DNA of 63,573 nucleotides, the filler included, from Cercozoa sp. M6MM (lineage: Eukaryota > Protista > Endomyxa: Ascetosporea), in assembly GCA_040357565.1 (NCBI GenBank). It is 10 parts of 10 records of this genome, joined end to end, with 100 filler letters (N's around TTAATTAATTAA, not from the genome) between each part and the next. Parts side by side here need not be neighbours in the genome. Positions count along the whole stretch, not along the records: positions 23,750 to 46,102 come from JBDODJ010000185.1; 9 more parts are not named here. One strand, written 5' to 3'. This document shows positions 25,073 through 37,422 of the stretch, in pieces. The translations under genes were made by a program, and so were the position numbers. The notes beneath the pieces are model-generated. The model was not told the origin of the DNA. It saw only the letters and a list, made by a program, of their open reading frames with translations, and did not search any database. How positions within the stretch are numbered: the first letter of the stretch is position 1; every line of letters begins with the position of its first letter.

Positions 25073-25826
25073 CACACACACGCATGTGTGCATAGGTAAA
25101 ACACACCTGTGTGTACTGTTGCTGCACTGAGGCCACGTGGTGCGCTACATGACGGATCAAGGCCGGCACCTGAGCCACAGCACTTGTATGTGTGACTTGA
25201 AGAGCACGCCAGATCAAACAGTGGTTACCTCGTTGTTAAGACGGTATTGTTGGCACTCCAGACGGGCCTTGCTCACCAGTACGCGAGCATCGGCCGTGAG
25301 GCCTAAGCGAAAAGCGCGAGGTTCAATTTGAAAGCTGCAGACAACATACAGTTTGAAGGTACCGGCAAAAGTCATCACGCAGTGGTCATCCAACGCGTTG
25401 ATCTTGCGTACAGTGCGCTCTTCCTGTGTGATGCAAGCAAACTCATCTCTCTATTGCACACACACAGCAACACGGCAAACCAGTCGCACCTGAAGCTTGG
25501 CTACGTTCTTGCGCTCGATGCCGAGCACAACAACTTTTTCGCCTCGGACTGCAACGGCCAGCGTACCCTGTTGAACACAAGAAGCGCGATTGTAAGAACG
25601 AAAGAAGTCATTCACAAAAATTACAGAACATTGGTCGAGCAAAAAGTGCCCCAAAAACAACACACTAGCGCAGACCACAGCGCTCATAGCAGAGAAAACA
25701 TGTGTAGATGCATGTGCACGCCAAGTACAGAAGAGAGAGCACCCGTTTGACAGCCTCCAGCGCGTACTCGAGTTGCAACAATCGTCCGTCGGCGCTGAAC
25801 ACCGTGAGTGCGCGATCGTAGCTCAT
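24354..25826 (-). CDS. PSMA7: 20S proteasome alpha subunit (alpha-4/PSMA7 type)
   Basis: [28 protein letters not shown]|GTLAVAVRG...FA|[22 protein letters not shown]...QQYTQ...ARPFG...VREFLEKNY...[11 protein letters not shown]; TAA at 24354-24356. Confidence 0.93.
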
Positions 25827-26017
25827 TTTCTAGCTCTTCGTGTCTGATTTCAGTGCTCTAAGCCCTTGAAAACGCCACAGAATTTTGCAAAATCTTCTGC
25901 TGGAACGATTTCGGGATCATGGGCTCCTCGCGAGTCAGGAATCTCTGCGTAGTTTTCTGTGTTCTTAGTTTTATGTGCCACTTAGTTGGGTTAATTTTAG
26001 CAATTCAGTGAATTTTC

Positions 26018-27480
26018 TCAACTGCACTGACAACGTCTCCGTCTCATAGGTTCAGCGCGACTCACGGTGACTATGTTGCTGTTTCTGGTTATCTGTTCGC
26101 GGCGGATTTGCGATGAAGTTGGCGTTGCTATAGTCTCTGCTTCGTCGCTGCTGGAGCTGTCGGCGGAATCTTCAAAGCCGAGTTTTCGCCGCAGTGTCGA
26201 CAGCACGAGCGACAGCAGTGCCCTGGCAGATGAGGGGAATGTTCGCACAACTAGGATAGACGGCAGTGCTGTACCTGCGAGCAGAGTCGCCGTAAGTAGC
26301 GCTGGTCTCGATGTACAGGAGTGGAGGAGACTGGGACTACAGTATGCAGCGCTAATCAGCCTTCACTGGCAGTCGATCAGTTCGGCTCACTTCAGATGTG
26401 GTACCATGGCAAACCGAATGGCTTCTTCGGTTCGAACCTGGCGCTGCTTTTGCTTGTTTTGTACAGTGCCTATTTCCACGGCAATACACGTATGGATACA
26501 GGAGTAAACGTACAGAGGGATACAGTACTGTAGATGAGTGGATTACGGAAGTGCTCGATGCTGCACTTGAAAGCCGTCGAGCACGACGAAGGAATACTGC
26601 CGGTGCTCTGAACTGGTTGTGTTGACTCGTTGCTTCTGATGCTGTCGCTATCACTCATTCGCTCAGTTGTGTTGTCATTGTCGACATTCGCGGTTGGTTG
26701 CACCAGGTCGATCTTGTTGCCGACGAGCATGCTGCGCAAGAAACGTCTAGTGTATCAAGATACTAAGCAGAGTCAAATCAAAGTACATGGGACAGTATGC
26801 ATTGCCATAGGAGTGCAGCGATCGTAGCCATGATTGACATGCAGTGAAACTGTCGCGATTGCACACATCGAAACACAGCACTGCTGCGTCGCACCGTCGG
26901 AGGTACTGTACAGGTACAGTGCGACTGTGTTCGCGCAAAGTGACATTATATTAGGGGTATCAGGCTGTGTACAGAAGGAGCCAGCACGCGCTGAAAACGT
27001 TCAGCACCAGCAGTGTCCCAAATCTGCACTTTGAGTCGAACGCTACTTTTCTCATCTAAACCGCTGTCGCTGTCGATGACGCCGCTGTCGGAGTGTACGG
27101 CAACATAGACCTGCTTGTAGTCGATCCCGAGCGTCGGTAACTACACGGCAGGCAGTCTGTTGGTTTCAAGCAAGGAATGTTAATTGCATGCACATGTGGC
27201 AAACTGTACGGTAGAGTCAAGTGGATCGCCGTTCACAAACGTGCCGTCAACGGCGGCTCGCAAAAGAGAGGTTTTCCCCACGAAGCTGTCTCCCAACATG
27301 CTACAGTGCACAGGGTAACACGTGAGGCAGAGTAAATCTTAGCCACAGATAGAATCACATCAGCTTGAAAAGCATGTCGTGATCGTTCGCAAAGCTGTCT
27401 CTCTCTACAGTATTTATAAACGAAAAGTATACAAGTATTAGAGAAGAAACACGCAGTTTGAACAGTGCAAAGTTAACCAT
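26018..27480 (-). CDS. Rab-family small GTPase with insertions
   Basis: DMLFKLI|MLGDSFVGKTSL, PTLGIDY, VQIWDTAGAERF, YLRRCDAAVLCFDV, MLVGNKIDL, YIETSA, C-terminal RRRRCQCS* (prenylation motif). Start approximate. Confidence 0.85.
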
Positions 27481-27619
27481 GTCGCTCAAACGAAAAATCG
27501 CCGCCGCACATGGAACGATTGCGGATCGCTTGTCTCTCTTGTGCACTCGATGTCTACAGTGCATGTGTAGTAGTAAAACGGTGTAGTTTTGGACCACATT
27601 GTATTCAACTGTCACGGTT

Positions 27620-30057
27620 AGCTCACCACACGCAAGGCGCGGTCGACCAAGCGGGTGCTCGTGGAGCTGCGCCTGAAGAGGTTAGTCGCTTTTCCTACGC
27701 GAAAAACGATCTTTGAAGTTCCACAGTGCATACTGTATTGTACCACTCATTGAGTCTCGTTCAAGCTCGTAACTCGCCACTGTGGACGCATCGAACACAC
27801 TTTCGTCGGAGCTCGTGTCGCTCGTACAAGTTTCGGTTTCAGTGTCGTGGAAATACACGTCGAAGTGCACCGCCTTTTCTTTTTTGGGAAGAGAAAACTG
27901 CATACGAGCAATAATACAGTATCGCAATCTCTAGTGAACTGCGTGTTGCTTTCTGTCTTCTGTTTTATCTTAGGTCCTGGTATCGCTGAGCAGTTTCAGT
28001 TGCCGCAAAAAACGCTCTATCGGTTCGATTCAGTTCAGACAGTGCGAACTGACGGCCGTTTTCGACCAACGCTTTTTTCAGAGCATCCTGGCTTAGTTCT
28101 TGTCAGTTTTAAATGCCACGAACCTGAAAGCACAAAAAGCCTGCATCAAACGAAGGAAACAGTACTAGTCAATGTACGTCGCTGGCTCTCAGGCCGAGTT
28201 TGTGCCCCATCCGTCGTTCGTAAGAGTGTAGGTTTCGAGCGCTAAAAGTGTGAACGGATTGCAATCTAGTGTTGCTCCCAATCTGCAACCAAGTATCGTG
28301 ATTGATCGAATCAATATTGATTCCGGCTCGGAATATTAGCAACTTTCGGGTTTCCTCGCGGACAAGCGAAATGGGGTTTTTCCAGTTCAGCTCAGATAGT
28401 GCCGAATTTAGTGACCCCGCTTCGAGCCCGCTTTTAAAACTGATGCAACTTTTAGCACCCGAGCAAGGGGGCTACTCTGAGCAACGCAGACGACAGCGGC
28501 TGGGGCAAAGCAAGGTATCGCCGATATCTTTCAGTTTGCACAAGTATCAAGAAAGTGTGCTGTCGTATCTATAGCATGAGGATACGTGGCAGAGTCCCCT
28601 CAGTCCACGCAAGGCTGCCCCGCTTCTGACCGATCGCAATGCATACCTCGGTACTGCATAATTTCTGTTTATATTGCCCGCAGTCAATTTGCGTGCGCAG
28701 GGTTTCTAGAAAACCAACTGGAGCGAGTTTCAGCAGCGTGTCTGCAAGTGGAAGGCATCCGAAGACGGCAGACTCAGATCGGTAGTGAGCATGAGTCACT
28801 TCTCGAGCGTGTCGATGACAGCTTCGATCGACACAGAAGGTAGTTTATATCATATGCCTTTTTGTTCTCAGGACTGGTCTCGAAATGAAATCCCCCAAAG
28901 GCACGAAGAGTACCTCGCACGGATTGAAAAACGACTAGAAGCTATCGAAAAGGCTCAAAAGCTGTCATCCATGCACGAGAAAAGCACAGTCTTGCCAATT
29001 CGTACTCGTTTTCCTCAACAGCATAATACCGCTTCATGTTGACAAACTGCGGTCTGCCCTGTAGCACGGTATGACTTCGAGCAAGTGCGAAAAGAAGCGC
29101 AAAAAGAAGCACAACGAATGACACAGCACATTTTAGAACAGGTAAATTTACATGATCTTTGACGAGCACATTTAAAGTAAAGTATGGTTCTGAATTAATG
29201 TTGCGCAGAAGCAAGAAGAGGAGGCGCAAGTGGTAGAACGTGTCGTGCGCCGAGCTGAGTGTCGCGTCGCAGAGCAACTGTCAGCAGCGGTTGACGATAT
29301 GGCACAGGCTCAAAAGCATACACGTATTTTCACATCTTCACTCATGGCCAAGTGTCATCTGGTAGCGTTGGAAGTGTGAACATTGTTTTTCTGAGGGGCA
29401 GTATGCGTGGTCGAACGACATTTAAAAAAAGCGAGAAACTCCGAAAATGGCGAAAAGCTCGTTGCTGCTGTTGCTGCTGATGTTGTATGATTCTTTTACG
29501 ACGCTATTTGAGTTTATTCATCTCCCAGCTGATTTCTCACGTCTCCTCAGTTGAAGAAAGTGCAAGAGCAACAGAGCGAGGTAAAGTTGCAGATGCGCGC
29601 GCTCACTCGGAGACTCCAAAGACAGATGAACCAGTGTCTTCAATTGTGTCAGCACTTTCAAGGTAGTGATACGCAGTACACTTTTCAAACACCTGTTGGC
29701 TCAACTTTGGCAGACATAGATGCGGCACCTCCCTTCGTGTCTTCAGCCAGTTTAATGTCACCCACCGCCAGTCAAAGCGATGAAATTGGTGCCAGCACAA
29801 GCGAGGAACACAGCGACGAAACTGAACATCATGATCGCTTTAGCGGACTTAGTGATGAAAGCGACGGACCCGAGTTTTTCGAACTGCGCGGGCGCATGCA
29901 CATCGACCGCGCCCCAAGTCGGTCTGCGTCTTCAAAGGCAAAAACTCAAGAGTCGAAGCACAGAAAGACAAAACGAGTGCTCAAACGCTCGTACAAAAGG
30001 ACTAAAAAATCCTCAAAACCCAGTCGAAGGCGGCGTCGTAGCCTGTACAGTCTCTGA
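27620..30057 (+). CDS. Multi-exon hypothetical coiled-coil protein
   Basis: Several + strand exon-like segments ending in the long open 29551-30057 segment. No domain recognised; start unresolved. Confidence 0.4.
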
Positions 30058-30706
30058 CTGTTTGTTCTCGATGAAAAAAGAAAAATCGCCATCTCCGTAC
30101 AGATACTGTGTCCGATTCAAGCGCCGTAGTGCCTCTGGCATTTAAAATAGAGTAGACACATCAAGGAACACGTTTGTGGACCTAAGTTGTGTCTCAATGT
30201 CCGGCGATTGTGGCTGGTTGTGGGCGAGGGGAGCAGGTGCATAAGACTCACAAACTTGTGTCATTCGAGTCTTGGATGAGATGCTTGCGTGTAGCGTCGA
30301 CATCATGGAAGCACCCACTGAGTCGTACGCCAATGACATTGTGAGTCTGCAAGAGCAGGATGGTGTGTCTGTGCAGTACGGAATGTGTTGTGACAGAGGC
30401 AACCCATCCGCGCCGGGAACCAACAACGTCGATGTGGCCGTACACTTTTGTACAAGTGACCATTCAGGGGGGATTAAGACAGTTGCGTGTCTGACAACAG
30501 GTGGCCACGTGCGGCTCGATACAGCGTGTTCACCTGCGACTGCGCGTGCTGCTGTCACAGGGACAGGCCGGCGAGCAAAACTGCGGTGCGGTCATGACGC
30601 TCTTTGTGCGGGTAGTTTCTTGTGTTGTATGTCAGTGTCTGTGTGTGTTTTTTTAATCTATTCTATACGAATTCTAGGGCAACTCGGGAGTTTTTATCAA
30701 CGGCGA

Positions 30707-31976
30707 TGACGCCTCATGTCACTACGCTCGCGGTAGCCTTCGCATACGATGCTGCCTGTACTGCCCTGCAGTAGGTTGACTTGTGTGTTTGTTTGTAGGA
30801 GCACGAGTGCCACTGCAGCACGGCGACAGTGTGCGTATTCCGTGCAGCACGTGCGTGCACCGTTTCGTGTACTTTGCACCGTCATCATGGGCGGTATCCT
30901 TTCTCCTTTGTACCATGGCTATTGTTTGTCGGGTGTTATTGCTGGCTTGACAGAAGAGAAGTCGCGTGCAGCAGGAACTCGGCGTATCACTGTCGCTGCC
31001 GCTGCCGTCGCTGCCGTTTGATCTGTTGGCACGTGCTATGCTGTCACTCGGCGTTGCTCGGTATATCCGTCCTGTACACCTGAACTGTTCTCCTGGACCG
31101 TGCGATCGTACAGGTGCGCCGAGGTGCGACAACGCTTCTGCACGGAGCACAGTGCCGGCGATGTCGCTTTGGGCGAGCACGCGCTGTGTCTTGCACTCCT
31201 ACCCTTTGCTGGTGCGACTTTTACCTCTTTACCCCTTCCCACCTTCACCCCTTCCCACCTTCACCCCTTCCCACCTTCACCCCTTCCCACCTTCACCCCT
31301 TCCCACCTTCACCCCTTCCCACCTTCACCCCTTCCCACCTTCACCCCCTCCCTCGGACAGAGGAAGACGACGCAGACTTCATGAAGAATCTCGTGGCGGC
31401 GCAGAGTGAGCAACGCGAAAACCGAGGGCTGCCTACTGTCATTGTGCTGACTGTCTTGACTTGTCCCCCTTATTCGTACCTCTACTCCCTCACATCCTTC
31501 CGGAGAGCAGACGGAGCAGGCAGCGCAGTGGGCCGGAGGACACAATGCAAGCAAGTCGGAAATCGCGCAGCGCAACGCCGTCGCCTGTCGCCGGTTGCGG
31601 CAGCTCTGCGCGCTGCGAGAAGTGGTACGCCCTTCCTTCCTGTGCACATTGTTGTTGTATGTACTGTGACCCCCAACACACGCACGCGCAGTGCGAACAT
31701 CGCGGCGATCTCGTGCTCTCGCTGCCAAAACTTCTGCCTGCCAAAGCACTCGAAAGCAACCTGCCCACACCAAACTGGAGATGGCGTGATGATGTTGCTC
31801 TCTTGCAAGGTATCCTCCAGCACGGATTCGGCACGCTCTCTTGCGCTCATGACGATGCAAAGTAGTTTCTCTTTTTTTTGGTTTTTCCATTTCGTCAAAA
31901 TACGGGATCTTTTCAATTAGACCGCAGGCACTCGTGGAGCGCCAAGAGCATTTGCTGCGTCTGCTCACGCAGAGTA
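30707..31976 (+). CDS. Hypothetical protein with a CHD-type SLIDE-like motif
   Basis: Spliceable exons include NWRWRDDVALLQGILQHGFG (~31775-31832), which resembles the W...DD..LL.GI..HG.G motif of CHD remodellers. Boundaries uncertain. Confidence 0.4.
31231..31347 (+). repeat. Intronic perfect 16-bp tandem repeat ACCCCTTCCCACCTTC x7
   Basis: Counted directly; followed by an AG acceptor. Confidence 0.9.
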
Positions 31977-32047
31977 GAAGCGACCCTGTCCAAACTCGGC
32001 AGTCTATACTCACCACCTGACTTGACTAGTGCATACTGTACAGTAAA

Positions 32048-32185
32048 CCGCTACCTGCACCAACCGTGAAGTCAAAAGGGGAGTTGTATGGTCCCACCTC
32101 TTGTTGAAGCGGGCGGTAATACTGTAGACACGACCATGCTCTTATGGCCCACCCTGAACTGGTACAAGTCTCAACAAACTAGCTA
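32048..32185 (-). ncRNA. Structured dispersed element, copy 2 (internal deletions)
   Basis: Reverse complement aligns to copy 1: ...GGGTGGGCCATAAGAGCATGGTCGTGTCTAC...ACCGCCCGCTT...GGACCATACAACTCCCCTTTTGAC-TTCACGGTTGGTGCAGGTAGCGG. Confidence 0.6.
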
Positions 32186-32335
32186 AACCCAAAATAATAA
32201 ATCCAAGCCAAGCTGCTCGTAGGCCAGCCGGAGTGGAAAGTGGAGTTAGATAGTTGATCCATATATGAGTGTGAAAGTGGAACTGGCGTTGCTGGAATCG
32301 AATGATAATATGCTTTCGTTTCCGGCATCGGGTAG

Positions 32336-34719
32336 TTACTGCGACCGATTGCTCTCATTCTGCTCGTCGAGTGCGCTCTTGTCGACGTGCGACGTGTTGC
32401 CTAGGAGTGCAGTGCAAGCATAAGCATACAGGTCTACATGATGAGGAGTCTCAACAAGGTACAGGAGGAGTGCCACCAGGGCACAGCACCCATGCGCTCG
32501 GCATCAACCGCCGTGAGTCGGTACCTGAGTACAAACAAGATTAATTAAGGCTGCGTTGGGAAGGAGGTATAGAGTACGGCTTGTCGTCGATGCCGAGCCA
32601 CGCGAAAACGTTGTGCCACAGCAGACGCTGCTTGCGCTGCGGCGTCCACTCAGCGCCTCGCATCTCCTGGATCAGCTTGCCGGGCCGCCACTCACCTGGG
32701 GGGGGGGGGTAAAGATGGATAAACAGAGGGGTAAACAGGGGGTAAAAGCACCCAGAGGAAAAGGGTAGTCGGTGCCCAGCAGCACCTTGTCCTCGCCGAC
32801 CAGACGAACAACATTGTCCAGTGCCACCGGATCGTGTACCGCCGAATCGAGCCAGAAGTGACCCTGTAGCCAGGTTCTTTTTAACCCCTACCCCGACCCC
32901 CATTTACCCTTTACCCCCCCCCCCCGTACCAGGTAGTCGCGCGGGTTGCGTTCGTTGTCGACGCGGCAAAGGTCGGGTCGGCAGCGCCAGCCCTACAGAC
33001 AACAAGACTGTCCACATATGTCCGCGCGGATACAAGAAACGCTGGCACGTGCTCGATGCGTCCGATCGTCGCCGGGAAGGAACCGCCGCCGTGTGCGAAC
33101 ATGAAACGGACTGCGGGGGGTAAGGGGTAAACAGGGGGGGGGGGGGGTAAGGGGTAAGGGGGTGTAAAACTACTGTTGGGATAGCGCTCAAAGACGCCGC
33201 CGAACATGAGGGAACACAAGGCGCGCGAGCACTCTGCCGGCATGCCGACCAGCCAGGGCAGCCAGTACTTGCGCATGGAGTCGAAGCCCATCATGTTCCA
33301 CGGGTGCACCATCACGCACACCGACAACTCATTGCACGCCTCCCAGAAGGCCTCTACAGGTAGTGTTGTATTCCCGCTACCCTTTCAACCCCCCCCCCCC
33401 CACAGGTAGACTCACCGAACATGGGCTCACTGAGGTTGCGGCACTCCGCGTCACTGTCCAGCGGCGAGTCGATGTTGCTGCCGATCTGCACACCTGGGAA
33501 ACCCAGCTCCTGCGGGGGTAACAGGGGAATAAACAGAGGGGGTGAACAGGGGGAGGAGTAAACAGGGGGTAAACAGGGGGTAAATAAGGGGGTAAACAGG
33601 GGTAAATAAGGGGGTAAACAGGGGGCGTAAATAAGGGGGTAAACAGGGGCGTAACTAAGGGGGTAAACAGGGGTAAATAAGGGGGTGAACAGGGGTAAAT
33701 AAGGGGGTGAATGGGGGGGGGGGGTAAAAGCGCACAGTGACACAGCGTCGCAACTCCTGCGCCGCGAGTTCCGGGTGCTGCATCGGCACCGTACCGAGAC
33801 CTGTGTAACACAAAGTGGACCGTCCAAACTGTACCCTGTTCAACTTGGACCGTCCAAGTGGACCACCCAAATAGACCGTCCAAATGGACCACCCAAATGG
33901 ACCGTCCAAATGGACTGTCCAAAAATGTACCAATGAAACGACGCGGCTCGCGACGAACGATTTCGGCGATTTCGTCGTTGATTCTCACGCACGTCTCCTT
34001 CGGGGGGAGGGTAAAGGAGTAAATAAGGAAGTGGTTAATATGTATATGGGGGAGGTGGGTCAAAAGGGATCAAAAGGGGGTCGAAAGGGGTCAAAGGGGG
34101 GGGTAAAGCTCGTAGCGATACCAAGCAGTGCTCCGGCTCGGCCCAGTAAGCGAACATCACAGGCACCGTCGAGAGCACCTGCACGGGTCCCACAGGGGTC
34201 CCACATCCCAGCACACAACACTAAATACCAGAACACACCAGAAACTCACCTGGACAGCGACATCGTCGGCGTCACAATCGATCAATCTATCAAAAGGCCA
34301 AAAATACCGAAATCAGTCGCACAAAATACGAAAACAACAAGCCCAACTCGGGCTAAACTCAGGACAAACGAGTACCGAGCAGCCGGCTCGATGCAATTGT
34401 CATCAACATCGCGAAAGAACTCCTCGCCTTTGTACATTCGATGCTTGTGCTGCAGCCACAAAATCCAAGTTTTTTAATTCTTGCACAGCAAAAAGCTGCT
34501 CAATTCACCTCGCCATCGACGTGCGTCGTCTCCACTCGCACCCAATCGCCATAGCCGTACTTCTTGCGCATGTCAGGAATTGCCTTTGGCAGAATGTGCG
34601 TGTGCGCATCCACCTTGTGCACATATTCGAAACGCTACATGAGATCACCACACAAAAGAAAATACAATAGAGATGGATCACCCCATGGCAGTGAGTATTC
34701 GACACATTACCTCCACCAT
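32336..34719 (-). CDS. ACMSD: 2-amino-3-carboxymuconate-6-semialdehyde decarboxylase
   Basis: [103 protein letters not shown]. Confidence 0.93.
33514..33729 (+). repeat. Intronic G-rich degenerate array GGGGTAAA(C/T)A(G)
   Basis: About 18 units read directly. The same unit occurs in introns at 16330-16445, 32697-32747 and 39828-39925, and as TTTACCCC in + strand genes. Confidence 0.85.
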
Positions 34720-34971
34720 TTGCAGAAGTTTAATGATAATCTAGCCCTACTGCGTCTAAAGAGACTCTTCAATCGTGTCGTCACGTTTCAGAGCGCCTTG
34801 AGTCGGAAGCCATAGCCCTCGTTTGGATTGCTCGCTGGTCCAGCGAATGGGTGTGTGAGTGCGCGTTAAAGCTGTTGTTGCCGTTTGTTAGAGTCATTAG
34901 CAGTATTGTCTCTGTTCTGCCTGCGTTTGTTTGATCTGTGAATATTGCGACAGGAGGAGCCATCAAAAAGA

Positions 34972-36675
34972 ATGAGCGACAAACGCGTGTTCGTGAACGA
35001 GGCCGCTAAAAAGGAACCTGAGAAGGAGTCGGATGTTGTAAGATGCCACTTTTCTCTGTTTTTTGTCTCCGCGTGGATGCGAGTGTTGCGACAGGCGGCT
35101 CAAATGGCGGCTGAGATGAACCAGGCCGCTTTGGAAGCTGAGATCGGAGACGGTGCGCCTGTTTATTGAGTGTTCTGGACTGTGTGAGTGACTTTGAGTC
35201 TGTTGTAGGTGAAGTGAGTGAGGATAGCGATGCTGCCGATGACGAGGTAGAATTTCTGAGTGGCTCGAGAGTCGATTCCGGCTCTGCAGTGCACAAGAAG
35301 CAAAATGTGTGTCTACCGGAGCAGGAATTGCTGATGACGGAGAAAAAACTGGCCACGAAGGATGACGGTACTTTGCAGGTTGAGTCAGCTTGCATATCGT
35401 CAAGTTATCAGTTTTTTGGGGGGCGAGTAGGACTGGACGACGATGGCGTGTTCCAGGTGGACTTTGACTACTATGACCCGCGGCCTGACGACTGGTACAC
35501 GCTGGCGCAGTTCCTGCGCAACCTCTGCGATGATGACGAACTCGACAGCACGCAGCTTGCACACCTTGTATGTTCACACTTTTTTAGGCGTCTGTATATT
35601 GATGTGTTTGTGTGCTGTGTTTTGCCAGGTCTCTAACCAGGTCTCGGTGGGCACCATGATCAAAAACGGTCCCTGGGAGGAGCAGCCGCTGTAACTCGCG
35701 CTGCTTGATCCCCGCTCCTTATTTATCATCCTCCCTTGTTCGCTAGGTGTTTCGCCACGGCGTTGAATCCGTTCGCTCCACAGCACCGCGAGCGGCGCAG
35801 CATTCGTCATGTGGTAGCTTACCCCCCCCCCCCCATGTCTCTTTACCCCCTACTCCCTCCCTGGGCAGATCCAGTGGCTGCGCAACAAGGCAAAGGCGGC
35901 AAAGGAGACGGCTTTGCTCGAGTAATCTCTATGTATGTATACATATGAAGATATACATATTTGTCTCCATGCGTATAGACTGCTGGACGAGGCTGAGCAA
36001 GGCAAGTTGTGTGTCGGTCTGCTGCTGCAGCACCGTCTTATCAACCTGCCGCCTGGTGCGTTCTTACCCCCCCCCCCATTCCATCCCTTTTAATCCCTTC
36101 TGGCAGGTCTTATTCCGGCGCTGCACAACTCGTTGCTGGAGGATGTGCAGGTGTGCTTCTTTACCCCCCCCCCCTTTTACCCCTTCCTTCTTGCCCCTTA
36201 CCCCCCCCCAGTTTGCAAGGACTAACAAGGAGGACACGGCAGAGGAACGTGCGTCCTTCAACTTTGACAAGTACATTGTGATGTCGCGCGTCTTTCGCGA
36301 AATCAAAAACACCGACGACGACGAAGGCGAAGAGGACGAGAAGAGTGGACCGCCTGCCAAGCGACGCAAGAAGCAGGAGCATGATGAAGTTGTAGCTTTT
36401 ACCGTCTTACCCCCTACCCCCCTCTCTTACCCCTCGATGTGCGCAGCAGTTCGTGAGCGACGAGGACGTGCACTACATGTTCGAGGAGGAGTGCTTCGTG
36501 CGCAACGCCGAGACCTCGGTGCGCTTTGCCGTGCCGCGCACTCACGCTCAGAAGGGTACCCGCCCCCTTCGTATGTATATCATTATGCATATGTATGTGT
36601 GTGTATGTATATGTGTATGTGTTTATTGACGTGCATGTATCGGTATGTGTGTAAGTATATGTCGTTGTGCGTGTG

Positions 36676-36725
<50 letters not shown>

Positions 36726-36735
36726 NNNNNNNNNN

Positions 36736-36783
<48 letters not shown>

Positions 36784-37086
36784 TGTATGGCTAGTTTTGT
36801 GTATTTTTACCTGTGTACATGCATGTGTTTATGACGTGTGTGTATGTGAGTAGGTGTGCGCGAGTGGCGTGTGATCTCGGTGCTGCGCGCCGAGCAGATG
36901 CCGCGCGCCGTGGCCGACATGTGGAACTTGATCGACGCCGATGTGCGGCAGCAGACGCTGGCGCACATGCAGGACACCACGGGCGACGACTCCGCCGATC
37001 CGGCTGCTACCACACAGACGCAGACGCAGACGCAGGCGCAGGGAGAAAGCGTTGAGATCGGCAACAAGCGGCCACGACAAGAGTAA
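34972..37086 (+). CDS. BCCIP: BCCIP/BCP1 family protein
   Basis: FQVDFDYYDPRPDDWYTLAQFLRNL, QVSVGTMIK, FATALN, VGLLLQHRLINLPP|GLIPALHNSLLEDVQ, FNFDKYIVMSRV, YMFEEE. Confidence 0.88.
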
Positions 37087-37422
37087 ACTGACTGAGTCGC
37101 GTTTCAGGCAGTCCGACTGGGTTCGCTGCTTCACGTGTATTCGATTTATTCGGGTGTTACTGACGTTTGTCAGTTAAAAGAAGTAAGTCGTCAATTCGAC
37201 GAACCAAAGAGCTACGCTACTGACCGACGCCAAGTGGATGAGGTTTTATCTCTTGTCAACTGTCAGGCTCAAACACTAGAGCCACAAACCCCAACTCATC
37301 TTTTGCTTGTCTGCCTGGCTCGGCTTCATCCCGCGAAAACTACATAACTTAAGTCCGTCTGTAACGCGAGTCAGTGACGGTGCCTGTACGAAATCGAAGT
37401 TAGTGGTCATGCGTATCGATGC

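Noticed and set aside
27478-27481. Overlapping divergent start codons (CATG) for the Rab and a + strand gene
   Set aside because: Neither start is established; the + strand gene's 5' end is unresolved.
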